A stretch of 41,553 nucleotides of DNA from Actinomycetota bacterium (GTDB lineage: Bacteria > Actinomycetota > UBA4738 > HRBIN12): assembly GCA_029858935.1 (NCBI GenBank), contig JAOUEA010000002.1, forward strand, positions 1 to 41,553. The letters are read 5' to 3'. This document shows, piece by piece, positions 32,633-41,553 of the stretch. Every line of letters starts with the position of its first letter. The stretch's first letter is position 1. Both the position numbers and the translations under genes were made by a program. Below the pieces are notes generated by a model. The model was not told where the DNA came from. It saw nothing but the letters and a program-made list of their open reading frames with translations, and did not search any database.

Positions 32633-33650
32633 GCCGGTGTTGTCGGTTCGGGATCTGCGGGTCTGGTACGGGACCGCCCGAGGCTCGGTGCGCGCGGTCG
32701 ACGAGGTTTCGTTTGACCTCTCAGCGGGCGAGACGCTCGGACTCGTGGGCGAATCTGGGTGCGGGAAGTCGACGTTGGGCCGCGGCATCGTCGGGCTGCT
32801 CCCCGAGGGCGCGGCCGCGGACGGCACCGTTTCGTTCGACGGTCGGAATCTGGTTGGACTCCCAACCGCAGAGCTTCGCGATCTCCGTGGCCCCGAGCTC
32901 GGCATGATCTTCCAAGAGCCGATGACTCGCCTCGATCCGTTGATGCGGATCGAGGATCACTTCCTCGAGATGCTGGAGACGCACGAGCCAGGCCTTTCGC
33001 GAGATGAGATGAAACGCCGCTCGATGGAGACGCTCGGCGGCATGGGCATCCCGCCCACCCGCTTCCGTCACTATCCACATGAGTTCTCCGGAGGGATGCG
33101 GCAGCGGATCATGATCGCGCTGGCGCTCGTGCTCCGACCGAAGGTCGTGGTGTGCGACGAACCGACGACGGCCCTCGACGTGATCGTGGAGGCGCAGATC
33201 CTGGGCATCCTCCAAGACCTGAAACGCAACTTCGACACTGCGTTACTGCTGATCACTCACAACCTCGGCATCGTCGCCGAAGCATGCGATCGAGTCGCGG
33301 TGATGTACGCGGGACAGATCGTCGAGGAGGGCCCCGCGCGCCGGGTCTTCGACACCCCGGCCCACCCTTACACCCGGGAGCTCCTGCGCTCGATCATCTC
33401 GCTGGGCACCGAGGGTCTGCAGTACATACCCGGGGCGCCTCCGGACCTCATCGATCCTCCCGCCGGATGTCATTTCCATCCACGCTGTCCGGACGCCATG
33501 CGGGTCTGCGCCTCGAACGACCCGGTTGCGGTGACGAAGGCCATCGATCATCGCGTGCGCTGCTGGTTGAGCGGGCCGCACAACCTCGTGCCCGCTGGGG
33601 AAGACGAACCGCTCGCCACCCGCGAATTCGCGAAAGCCGACGAGGCCTGA
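32625..33650 (+). CDS. ABC transporter ATP-binding protein (DppD/OppD type) with C-terminal four-Cys motif
   Basis: Walker A GESGCGKST, signature FSGGMRQR, Walker B VVVCDEPT. C-terminal HPYT...GCHFHPRCPDAMRVC...RVRCWL. Confidence 0.93.
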   Translation: MSEPVLSVRDLRVWYGTARGSVRAVDEVSFDLSAGETLGLVGESGCGKSTLGRGIVGLLPEGAAADGTVSFDGRNLVGLPTAELRDLRGPELGMIFQEPMTRLDPLMRIEDHFLEMLETHEPGLSRDEMKRRSMETLGGMGIPPTRFRHYPHEFSGGMRQRIMIALALVLRPKVVVCDEPTTALDVIVEAQILGILQDLKRNFDTALLLITHNLGIVAEACDRVAVMYAGQIVEEGPARRVFDTPAHPYTRELLRSIISLGTEGLQYIPGAPPDLIDPPAGCHFHPRCPDAMRVCASNDPVAVTKAIDHRVRCWLSGPHNLVPAGEDEPLATREFAKADEA

Positions 33651-33656
33651 GCCATA

Positions 33657-34979
33657 GTGACCCAGCCTCCTGCCGCAGAGCCGCTGCTCGAGGTCCGCGA
33701 TCTGCGCACGCACTTCTCGCTACGAGGAAGCTTCGGTCAGCGACTGGTGGGTCGCGAGTCGGGTTCGGTCAAGGCGGTCGACGGTGTCTCTTTCGAGCTG
33801 CGTCGAGGGGAAGTCCTCGGCTTGGTGGGGGAGTCCGGCAGCGGCAAGACCACACTCGGTCGTACCGTGCTCGGGTTGGCGGAGCCCACGTCGGGCAGTA
33901 TCCGGTTCGAGGGGCAGGAGTTGGTGGGCAGGCGTGAGCGGGAGCTCCGGCCGCTTCGCAAACGTATGCAGATGGTCTTCCAGGATCCCCACGCGTCGTT
34001 GAACCCTGCGATGGATCTGCTCACGGCGGTCGGACATCCCCTCATCGTGCACGGGGTGGTGAAGCGAGTGCGGGACACGGTCCCGATGGTGACGAATGCT
34101 CTCGAGACGGTCGGGCTCTCGCCTGTCGAACAGTTCCTGCCCAAGTACCCCGGCGACCTGTCGGGGGGACAGAAGCAGCGGGCGATGCTGGCTCGAGCGA
34201 TCATCATGAACCCCGATCTGCTGGTTGCCGACGAGCCGGTGTCGATGCTCGACATGAGCGTGCGCGCGAAGATCCTCGAGCTGATGCTGGAGCTGAAGTC
34301 GGAGTTCGAACTGACCTACCTGTACATCACGCACGACCTCGCCACGGCGAAGTTCTTCTGCGACACCATCGCGATCATGTACCTCGGGCGGATCGTCGAG
34401 TACGGCCCAACGGAGACGATCTTCCGGGACCCGAAGCACCCGTACACCGTGGCGCTCCTGGGGGCCGTGCCCGATCCCGATTCCAGCGAAGGCCTGCCGA
34501 CCGATCCGCCTCGTGGCGAAGTGCCCGATGCCGCAGAGCCGCCGCTTGGGTGCTCGTTCCATCCACGATGTCCGCGGGCATTCGAGCGATGCGGTTGGGA
34601 CAGCCGGGATCTGAAGGACCGGCTCGAGGCGCGATGGGCCGGCATGCCGGAGTCTCAATTCGAGCGGGAGCGCGCCGTCATCGGTGACATCGAGGCGCTC
34701 GAGTCGCCGAGCCAGGCGGCGATCATCCCGGCGGGCAAGGGCCACTCCGGGTCGGAAGTGTCGGCATTGCTCGATGAGATGCGGAAAGCCGATCCGGCCG
34801 AGCCCACATGGTCAGGCATCGAATCGACTTCCGTCGAGCCCGGCGGCCTCCGCGTCAGGTTCCGACCCCCCGTGGAACCCAGGCTGGGATCGCGCGACGG
34901 TGTCGATGTCGCGTGCCTCCTGTACGGCGAGAGCGAGCCCCCAGGCCAGGATCGGCTCGACTCGGACCGCAGCGTCTGA
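33657..34979 (+). CDS. ABC transporter ATP-binding protein (DppF/OppF type) with an inserted C-terminal segment
   Basis: Walker [10 protein letters not shown], signature LSGGQKQR, Walker [10 protein letters not shown]. Then HPYT...[15 protein letters not shown] followed by about 107 extra residues before VACLL. Confidence 0.9.
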   Translation: MTQPPAAEPLLEVRDLRTHFSLRGSFGQRLVGRESGSVKAVDGVSFELRRGEVLGLVGESGSGKTTLGRTVLGLAEPTSGSIRFEGQELVGRRERELRPLRKRMQMVFQDPHASLNPAMDLLTAVGHPLIVHGVVKRVRDTVPMVTNALETVGLSPVEQFLPKYPGDLSGGQKQRAMLARAIIMNPDLLVADEPVSMLDMSVRAKILELMLELKSEFELTYLYITHDLATAKFFCDTIAIMYLGRIVEYGPTETIFRDPKHPYTVALLGAVPDPDSSEGLPTDPPRGEVPDAAEPPLGCSFHPRCPRAFERCGWDSRDLKDRLEARWAGMPESQFERERAVIGDIEALESPSQAAIIPAGKGHSGSEVSALLDEMRKADPAEPTWSGIESTSVEPGGLRVRFRPPVEPRLGSRDGVDVACLLYGESEPPGQDRLDSDRSV

Positions 34980-34991
34980 GAACCTGCACCC

Positions 34992-35396
34992 ATGATCGAG
35001 CAGGAGCGTCTGCGGTCGGTGCCTCTTTTCGGAGAGCTCGATGCGTACGACCTGGCGCAGGTGGCCCGGTGGGTCGATGAGATCTCTGCCGAGCCCGGGG
35101 ATCTGCTGATCGAACAAGGGGCGATGCCCTACGAGATCTTCGTGATCGAGGATGGCACCGTTGACGTGGTCCGCGACGGCGAGCCGCTCGCCACGCTGGG
35201 CTCAGGCGACGTCGTGGGCGAGATGGCCCTGATGGCACGACATCGACGGATGGCGTCGGTGGTGGCGCGCACCACCGTCAGGGCGCTCAGCCTGCACGTC
35301 GACGCGTTACAGGAGATCACCACGGAGATGCCGGAACTCGGCGAGGAGCTCCGGGCCTTGATGCAACAGCGCCGCGCTGAGAACGAACCACCATAG
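34992..35396 (+). CDS. Cyclic-nucleotide-binding domain protein (no output domain)
   Basis: VPLFGELD..., GD.LIEQG, GEMALM and RMASVVA (phosphate-binding cassette) motifs. Only 134 aa, with no HTH or enzymatic domain. Confidence 0.85.
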   Translation: MIEQERLRSVPLFGELDAYDLAQVARWVDEISAEPGDLLIEQGAMPYEIFVIEDGTVDVVRDGEPLATLGSGDVVGEMALMARHRRMASVVARTTVRALSLHVDALQEITTEMPELGEELRALMQQRRAENEPP

Positions 35397-35490
35397 ATCC
35401 GCCACGGCCGCCGATATCGGCCCTTGCAGTTGTCGTGTCATCGTGCAACACTCCACGCTTCGACGGGATGTCCGGGCTCCGGTCCGGGCC

Positions 35491-35523
35491 GACGGCGGCA
35501 CGACGCGGGCACGTGCCGCCGTC
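35491..35523 (+). terminator. 12-bp perfect stem / 9-nt loop hairpin (GACGGCGGCACG...CGTGCCGCCGTC)
   Basis: Read directly. It lies about 95 nt after the cNMP-binding ORF and 65 nt before tRNA-Val. No U-tract. Confidence 0.5.
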
Positions 35524-35587
35524 ACTACATCGCCAGCCGGTTGCGGTTCAGCGATCGCTGATCCCCACTTGCTATGGTGAGGGCTCC

Positions 35588-35659
35588 GGGCGCGTAGCTC
35601 AGCGGGAGAGCGCTCGCCTCACACGCGAGAGGTCGCAGGTTCAAAACCTGCCGCGCCCA
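35588..35659 (+). tRNA. tRNA-Val (anticodon CAC)
   Basis: 72 nt: acceptor GGGCGCG/CGCGCCC, anticodon arm CTCGC-CTCACAC-GCGAG, T arm GCAGG-TTCAAAA-CCTGC. Confidence 0.92.
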
Positions 35660-35754
35660 CCGGATCGGCAGACTTCCCAGCGCCGAAGCACCGAGCGCAC
35701 GGCCATCTGGCGGTTCTTCGATAGGGTGTCGCTGTCCGCTCCCGAGAAGAAGGC

Positions 35755-36513
35755 ATGTCGATGGCCTCCACGATGCCCGCTCCGCCGACCGAGGCCGCCG
35801 CGCGCGCCGCAAACCTCAAGAAGGTCTACGGTGAAGGCGATGCGGCCGTCGAGGCCCTGCGCGGCGTCTCGCTCGAGTTCGGCCGAGGGGGATTCACCGC
35901 GATCATGGGGCCGTCCGGTTCGGGTAAGTCGACACTGCTCCACTGCCTCGCGGGCTTGGATTCGCCGACCGAGGGGAACGTGTGGATCGGTGACACCGAT
36001 CTCACGACGCTGTCGGAGCGGCAGCTCACCGCTTTGCGCCGAGACAAGGTCGGATTCGTCTTCCAGGCCTTCAACCTCGTGCCGACCCTGACTGCTGCCG
36101 AGAACATCACCCTTCCACTCGATATCGCTGGGACCGAGGTCGACCGCGTGTGGTTCGACCAGGTGGTCGACACGATCGGGCTCCGCGATCGGCTCCGTCA
36201 TCGGCCGAGCGAACTCTCCGGCGGGCAGCAGCAGCGGGTGGCCGGCGCTCGGGCGCTCGTCAGCCGCCCCGAGATCGTCTTCGCCGACGAGCCGACTGGC
36301 AACCTCGACAGTCGCTCGGGCGCAGAGCTCCTCGGGTTCCTGCGCGAGGCCGTGTCCACACACGGGCAGACGATCGTCATCGTGACGCACGATGCGGGAG
36401 CGGCGAGCTATGCCGATCGCGTCGTGTTCCTGGCCGACGGACATGTGGTCGATGAGATGCGTGATCCGACCGCCGACCTGGTGCTCGATCGGCTCAAGTC
36501 GCTGGAGTCGTAG
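35755..36513 (+). CDS. ABC transporter ATP-binding protein (MacB/LolD/FtsE-like)
   Basis: Walker A GPSGSGKST, FVFQAFNL, signature LSGGQQQR, Walker B IVFADEPTGNLD. Confidence 0.92.
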   Translation: MSMASTMPAPPTEAAARAANLKKVYGEGDAAVEALRGVSLEFGRGGFTAIMGPSGSGKSTLLHCLAGLDSPTEGNVWIGDTDLTTLSERQLTALRRDKVGFVFQAFNLVPTLTAAENITLPLDIAGTEVDRVWFDQVVDTIGLRDRLRHRPSELSGGQQQRVAGARALVSRPEIVFADEPTGNLDSRSGAELLGFLREAVSTHGQTIVIVTHDAGAASYADRVVFLADGHVVDEMRDPTADLVLDRLKSLES

Positions 36514-36518
36514 CCGCC

Positions 36519-39086
36519 GTGTGGCGCGCGACGTTCAAGAGTCTTGTGGCGAAGAAGCTTCGCCTCGTGTTGACTGCGATCTCGGTCGTCCTCGGCGTCG
36601 GGTTCGTGGCGGGCACGTACGTGCTCACGGACACCATGAACGCCGCGTTCGAGCAGCTCTTCGCCCAAACCTCGGAAGCTTCGGATGTCGTCGTTCGCTC
36701 GGTCTCGGCATTCGACGCTCAGGTCGAGGGGCCCGGCGGCGGGGGCGGCGGCGATGAGCGAACGCCCGTGCCCGAGCAGGTGCTCGCAGATGTACTCTCC
36801 GTACCGGGTGTGGCCACCGCGGTGGGCGACGTGCAGGGGTATGCGCAGATGGTGGACCCCGCGACCGACGAGGTGATCGGCGGGGTAGGTCCGCCCACGA
36901 TCGGCACGAACTGGACGGACCTCGCGGGTGACATCCTGTCCCTCCGTGGCGACAGCGTCCCTCCAGCCTCCGCGGACGAGGTCGTTATCGATGCGGCAAC
37001 CGCGCGCAACGCGAACCTGGCAGTGGGTGACCGTATCCGCATCTTGTTCCAGGGTCCCCCGGGCGAGTTCACGATCGTGGGCGTCGCAGGGTTCGGCGAT
37101 GCCGACAACCTCGGCGGCGCCACGCTCGCGGTCTTCGATACCGCCACCGCCCAGGAGGTGCTCGGGAAGCGGGGGGTCTTCGACGCCATCAGCGTCGTCG
37201 GCGACGAAGGCGTGCCGGCGTCAGAGCTGCGAGCCTCGGTCGACGCGGCGTTGCCCGACGGCGTCGAGGCCGTGACGTCGACGTCGGTCGCCGACGAGGC
37301 ATCGCAGGCGCTGCAGGAGGGGCTCGGGTTCTTCCGGACAGCGCTGCTCGTGTTCGCGTTCGTGGCTCTGTTCGTGGGCTCGTTCATCATCTTCAACACG
37401 TTCTCGATCATCGTGGCGCAGCGCACGCGAGAACTCGCGTTGCTGCGCGCACTGGGCGCGTCGAAACGACAGGTCATCGTCTCGGTGGTGCTGGAGGCGC
37501 TCGTGGTCGGGCTGCTCGCCTCCCTGCTCGGCATCCTGGCCGGCATCGGGATCGCGGTCGGCCTGCAGGGTCTGTTGGGAGCGTTCAACATCGATCTGCC
37601 GAGCACATCGATCCAGCTCCTGCCGCGAACGATCATCGTTGCGTTGATCGTGGGGGTCGTCGTGACGGTCGTCGCGTCGATCCTTCCCGCTCGTCGCGCC
37701 GGCTCGGTTGCGCCCATCCAGGCGCTGCGGGAAGCGTCGGACGGGCCGGTGGCCGGAGATCTCGCGGGGCGCCGGCTCGTGATCGCGGTGGTCGTGACCG
37801 CTCTCGGGGCGGCGGCACTTCTGTACGGGCTATTCGGAGCCGAGTCCGACGGCGCATCGATCGTCGGGTTGGGGGCCGCCGTCACGTTCATCGGGGTCGC
37901 GATGTTGTCGCCGCTGGCGGCTCGGCCGGTCGCCGGTGGGCTGGGGGCGCCCCTCAAACGATTGTCGGTGCAAGCGCGCCTCGGGCGAGAGAACGCGATG
38001 CGAAGCCCGAGGCGAACGGCGTCGACCGCAGCGGCGCTGATGATCGGACTGGGCCTGGTCTCGATGGTCGCCATCCTCGCCGCATCGTTGAAGGCCTCGT
38101 TCGACGCCGCGCTCACGGAAACGCTCAAGGCCGACTACACGTTGTCGACGAGTTCGTTCACGTCGTTCAGTCCCGAAGTCGGCAGACGCGTCGCCGCTCT
38201 GCCCGAGGTCGAGACGACATCGGCGTTCCGACAGAACGGATTCCGGGTCGACGGATCGACGTCGTTCCTCACGGCTGTCGACCCCGGCACCGTGGAGGAC
38301 GTCGCCACGCTGGAAGTCTCCGAAGGCTCGGTGGCGGCCTTGGACGAACGCGCTGATGTCGTGCTGGTGCACCGCGATGTGGCCGCGGACAACGGCTGGA
38401 CGCTCGGCGACGAGGTGCCCGCAGAGTTCGCTTCACTCGGCGACAGGCCGCTCACGATCGTCGGCATCTACGACGAGAACCGCCTGGTGGGGGACTACGT
38501 GATCTCGCTGGGGGCCTACGACGAGTACTACACCGAGCAGCTGGATTCGTTCGTGCTCGTGACCGGCGCCGAAGGTGTACCGCTCGCTGAGGTGAGCGAG
38601 TCCATCAGCGCTGCGGCGTCGGAGTTCCCCAACGTGCAGGTGCAGGATCAGGCGGCGTTCCGCGAGCAGCAAGCCGGCTTCGTGGATCAGCTGCTGGGCC
38701 TTGTCACCGCGTTGCTCGCGATGGCCATCGTGATCGCATTGTTCGGCATCGTGAACACCCTGGGCCTGTCGATCTACGAACGCACGAGGGAGCTCGGGCT
38801 GTTGCGCGCGGTGGGCATGAGCCGCGTGCAGGTCAAGCGCATGATCCGGTGGGAATCGATCATCATCGCGGTCTTCGGCGCCGTGCTCGGCATCGTGATC
38901 GGCATACTGTTCGGCTGGGCGCTGCAACAGGCCCTCAGGAGCGAAGGTGTCAGCGAGTTCGTGGTGCCGGTCGGCCAGCTCGTCGCGTACCTGGTGTTCG
39001 CCGGCCTCGCCGGAGTGCTCGCGGCGATCTGGCCCGCCAAGCGTGCCGCGAAGCTCAACGTGCTCGAAGCGATCTCGTACGAGTAG
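36519..39086 (+). CDS. ABC transporter permease with two FtsX/MacB-type domains (855 aa)
   Basis: Duplicated architecture: membrane helix, large extracytoplasmic domain, then three membrane helices with the RTRELALLRALGAS / RTRELGLLRAVGMS motif. GTG start 5 nt after the ATPase stop. Confidence 0.88.
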   Translation: MWRATFKSLVAKKLRLVLTAISVVLGVGFVAGTYVLTDTMNAAFEQLFAQTSEASDVVVRSVSAFDAQVEGPGGGGGGDERTPVPEQVLADVLSVPGVATAVGDVQGYAQMVDPATDEVIGGVGPPTIGTNWTDLAGDILSLRGDSVPPASADEVVIDAATARNANLAVGDRIRILFQGPPGEFTIVGVAGFGDADNLGGATLAVFDTATAQEVLGKRGVFDAISVVGDEGVPASELRASVDAALPDGVEAVTSTSVADEASQALQEGLGFFRTALLVFAFVALFVGSFIIFNTFSIIVAQRTRELALLRALGASKRQVIVSVVLEALVVGLLASLLGILAGIGIAVGLQGLLGAFNIDLPSTSIQLLPRTIIVALIVGVVVTVVASILPARRAGSVAPIQALREASDGPVAGDLAGRRLVIAVVVTALGAAALLYGLFGAESDGASIVGLGAAVTFIGVAMLSPLAARPVAGGLGAPLKRLSVQARLGRENAMRSPRRTASTAAALMIGLGLVSMVAILAASLKASFDAALTETLKADYTLSTSSFTSFSPEVGRRVAALPEVETTSAFRQNGFRVDGSTSFLTAVDPGTVEDVATLEVSEGSVAALDERADVVLVHRDVAADNGWTLGDEVPAEFASLGDRPLTIVGIYDENRLVGDYVISLGAYDEYYTEQLDSFVLVTGAEGVPLAEVSESISAAASEFPNVQVQDQAAFREQQAGFVDQLLGLVTALLAMAIVIALFGIVNTLGLSIYERTRELGLLRAVGMSRVQVKRMIRWESIIIAVFGAVLGIVIGILFGWALQQALRSEGVSEFVVPVGQLVAYLVFAGLAGVLAAIWPAKRAAKLNVLEAISYE

Positions 39087-39114
39087 CGCCGGGCGTGGTC
39101 GCTATCATGCCCGC

Positions 39115-41070
39115 ATGCCGACCTTGACCCTCCCCGAAGGAGCTACCGTCGAGCTTCCCGAGGGGGAGCCGGTGGGAGCCGCGATGCCAAAGGGTGCCGT
39201 CGCTGCTCGGGTCGACGGAGAATTGCGTGATCTCTCGTTCGTGCCGGGGGTCGATGCCGTCGTGGAGCCGATCGTCGGGCACTCCGACGAGGGGCTGCAC
39301 GTGCTCCGCCATTCCACGGCGCACGTGCTCGCGCAGGCTGTCTGCGATCTCTATCCGGGGGCCAAGTACGCGATCGGCCCTGCGGTCGCCGACGGCTTCT
39401 ACTACGACTTCGAACTGCCCGAGCCGGTCCACGCCAGCGATCTCACGAAGATCGAGCGGCGCATGCGTCAGATCGTGAAGCGGAACCAGCGGTTCATGCG
39501 CGAGGACGTCGACCGTGATGAGGCGCGTGCTCGGCTGCACGATCAGCCGTTCAAGATCGAGATCATCGAGCGCATCGGCACCTCGCCGGGCGACGACATC
39601 GCGGCCGAGGTGGCCGAGGGCGAGACCGTCTCTCTCTATTCGAACGATGGCTGGACCGACCTGTGCCGTGGGCCCCATGTGCCGCATACGGGCATGCTCG
39701 GCGCCTTCAAGCTCACGAACGTCGCCGGCGCGTACTGGCGCGGAGACGAGCAGAACCCCCAGCTCACACGCATCTACGGCACGGCCTGGGCGAGCACCGA
39801 CGACCTCGACGCCTACCTCCATCGGCTCGAGGAGGCCGAACGCCGCGACCACCGCAGGCTCGGGAGCGAGCTCGATCTGTTCTCGTTCCCCGCAGAGATC
39901 GGATCGGGCCTGGCCGTCTTCCACCCCAAGGGTGGCTCGGTCCGACGGCTGATGGAGGACTACTCACGGCGGCGGCACGAGGAGGCCGGCTACGAGTTCG
40001 TGTACACCCCGCACATCACGAAGGCCGAGTTGTTCGAGATCAGCGGACACCTGACGTGGTTCGCAGACGGCATGTTCCCGCCGATGGAGCTCGACGGTGG
40101 CACCCAGTACTACCTCAAGCCCATGAACTGCCCGATGCACATCCTGATCTTCAAGAGCCGCACCCGCAGTTACAGGGAGCTGCCGTTGCGGCTCTTCGAG
40201 TTCGGCACGGTCTACCGCTACGAGCTCTCGGGCGTGGTCCACGGGCTCACCCGGGTGCGCGGGCTCACGATGGACGATGCGCACATCTTCACCACCCGAG
40301 AACAGCTCGCCGATGAGCTGGGTTCCGTGCTGAGATTCGTGCTCGACCTGCTTCGCGACTACGGCCTCGACGACTTCTACATGGAGCTGTCGACCCGCCC
40401 CGAGGGGAAGGCCGTGGGGACCGATGAGGAGTGGGACGAGGCGACCGAGGCGCTCCGGCAGGCGGCCGATGCCATGGAAGTGCCCTTCGTGCTGGATCCA
40501 GGCGGTGGTGCCTTCTACGGACCGAAGATCAGCGTGCAGGCGCGCGACGCGATCGGTCGAACGTGGCAGATGTCGACGGTGCAACTCGACTTTCAGATGC
40601 CGCAGCGCTTCGACATGGAGTACTCGGGCGATGACAACGCCCGGCACCAGCCGATCATGATCCACCGGGCACTGTTCGGGTCGGTGGAGCGATTCTTCGG
40701 GGTGCTCACCGAGCACTACGCGGGAGCCTTCCCGTTGTGGCTCGCACCCGAGCAGCTGCGCTTCGTTCCTGTCGCCGATCGCCACGTGGGGCACTGCGAG
40801 AGCTTGGCCGTCAAGGCGAAAGCCGCCGGGCTTCGTGCGTTCGTCGACGACTCGAAGGAGAGCGTGGGCAAGAAGATCCGCGCCGCACAGCTCGCGAAAG
40901 CGCCGTACACCTTGGTCATCGGCGATCAGGAGCTCGAGTCCGACTCATACACGGTTCGCGACCGAGCCGGCACCGAGTCCGCGGGCGTGCGCTTCGACGC
41001 GCTCCTCGAGGCGCTCAGCGAGGAGGCGTCGACCCGGGCGCTCTCGCAGACCGATTTCGGATCGGCGTGA
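39115..41070 (+). CDS. thrS: Threonine--tRNA ligase
   Basis: TGS domain, editing-domain HSTAHVLAQA, class II motifs (FRGEL-like YRYELSGVVHGLTRVRGLTMDDAH), and an anticodon-binding C-terminus. ATG 39115. The 168 nt upstream in the track ORF overlap the permease end. Confidence 0.95.
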   Translation: MPTLTLPEGATVELPEGEPVGAAMPKGAVAARVDGELRDLSFVPGVDAVVEPIVGHSDEGLHVLRHSTAHVLAQAVCDLYPGAKYAIGPAVADGFYYDFELPEPVHASDLTKIERRMRQIVKRNQRFMREDVDRDEARARLHDQPFKIEIIERIGTSPGDDIAAEVAEGETVSLYSNDGWTDLCRGPHVPHTGMLGAFKLTNVAGAYWRGDEQNPQLTRIYGTAWASTDDLDAYLHRLEEAERRDHRRLGSELDLFSFPAEIGSGLAVFHPKGGSVRRLMEDYSRRRHEEAGYEFVYTPHITKAELFEISGHLTWFADGMFPPMELDGGTQYYLKPMNCPMHILIFKSRTRSYRELPLRLFEFGTVYRYELSGVVHGLTRVRGLTMDDAHIFTTREQLADELGSVLRFVLDLLRDYGLDDFYMELSTRPEGKAVGTDEEWDEATEALRQAADAMEVPFVLDPGGGAFYGPKISVQARDAIGRTWQMSTVQLDFQMPQRFDMEYSGDDNARHQPIMIHRALFGSVERFFGVLTEHYAGAFPLWLAPEQLRFVPVADRHVGHCESLAVKAKAAGLRAFVDDSKESVGKKIRAAQLAKAPYTLVIGDQELESDSYTVRDRAGTESAGVRFDALLEALSEEASTRALSQTDFGSA

Positions 41071-41083
41071 GGCTGGTCTCGGC

Positions 41084-41553
41084 GTGGACCATCTGTGGAG
41101 CCCGTGGCGCATGCAGTACATCGCGGCGGCCCGCGATGAGCTCGAAGAGGACGGCGGCTGCGTCTTCTGTGCGGTGCCGGATCGCGAGGCCGAGCGCGTG
41201 CTTGCCCGCAGTGAGCTCGCGTACGTCGTGTTGAACAAGTTCCCCTACAACCCCGGACACGTGTTGATCGTGCCGTTCCGCCACACCGGCGACGTGGAAG
41301 ACCTCACGGCCGAGGAGAACGCCGAGCTGCAGTCGATGCTGCAGCGGTCCATCCGCGCACTGCGTGAGGAATCCGAACCACACGGATTCAACGTGGGCAT
41401 GAACCTCGGATCGACCTCCGGCGCCGGCATCCCCGACCACCTGCATTGGCACGTCGTGCCCCGCTGGAGTGGAGACACGAACTTCATGCCCGTGATCGGT
41501 GAGGTCCGTGTGCTGCCCGAGCTGCTCGCCGAGACCGCTCGCCGGCTCACTCC
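41084..41553 (+). CDS. HIT-family ATP adenylyltransferase / Ap4A phosphorylase-like protein (3' end outside window)
   Basis: GTG 41084 opens VDHLWSPWRMQYI...AYVVLNKFPYNPGHVLIVPFRH...GFNVGMNLGSTSGAGIPDHLHWHVVPRWSGDTNFMPV. This has the HxHxH-type histidine motif and resembles the mycobacterial Rv2613c type that also follows thrS. It is absent from the ORF track because no stop lies in the window. Confidence 0.85.
   Translation, partial: MDHLWSPWRMQYIAAARDELEEDGGCVFCAVPDREAERVLARSELAYVVLNKFPYNPGHVLIVPFRHTGDVEDLTAEENAELQSMLQRSIRALREESEPHGFNVGMNLGSTSGAGIPDHLHWHVVPRWSGDTNFMPVIGEVRVLPELLAETARRLT

Noticed and set aside
28712-35587. Genomic island or prophage remnant integrated at tRNA-Val.
   Set aside because: There is no integrase or recombinase, no direct repeat of a tRNA 3' end, and the content is an ordinary transporter operon with core-like codon bias. 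It is kept only as a low-key synteny question in the findings.

Overview
This is a high-G+C, actinobacterial-type chromosomal segment. It is almost entirely conserved housekeeping synteny. Gene order: dapA (3' end) and rnj; an orphan ORF; ftsK; an orphan ORF, a GNAT and ppa on the minus strand; rodZ-like, cinA and thpR; SOS-boxed recA-recX; rny; a start/stop-overlapping miaB-miaA-dapF-dapE-dapC-dapD block followed by hflX; a SIS-domain gene; a secreted RTX-like beta-roll protein; lexA divergent from an SOS-boxed LysM gene; nrdR and class II nrdJ; VOC-dut-GNAT; tRNA Gly-Cys-Val; a five-gene peptide-type ABC importer plus a cNMP-binding-domain-only protein; tRNA-Val; a MacB/FtsX-type ABC pair; thrS; and a HIT/Ap4A-phosphorylase-like gene cut by the window end. 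The two edge genes (dapA, HIT) are absent from the supplied ORF track. Many track ORFs are antisense or shadow frames typical of high-GC DNA. I find no CRISPR array, integrase, transposase, toxin-antitoxin pair or recognisable defence cassette, and no convincing novel multi-gene system. The least explained pieces are these: (i) the rnj 5' end, which lacks a canonical start upstream of a conserved strand; (ii) the 1845-2541 zone, with a perfect 21-bp direct repeat and an orphan R/W-rich ORF; (iii) the 131-aa orphan ORF at 4984-5379; (iv) the Sec-signal RTX-like protein next to lexA; (v) an insertion of about 100 aa inside the Cys motif of the second importer ATPase; (vi) a self-complementary (CCGGGC)4 tract after nrdJ. 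All calls come from reading the translations and sequence by eye. No searches or folding programs were run.
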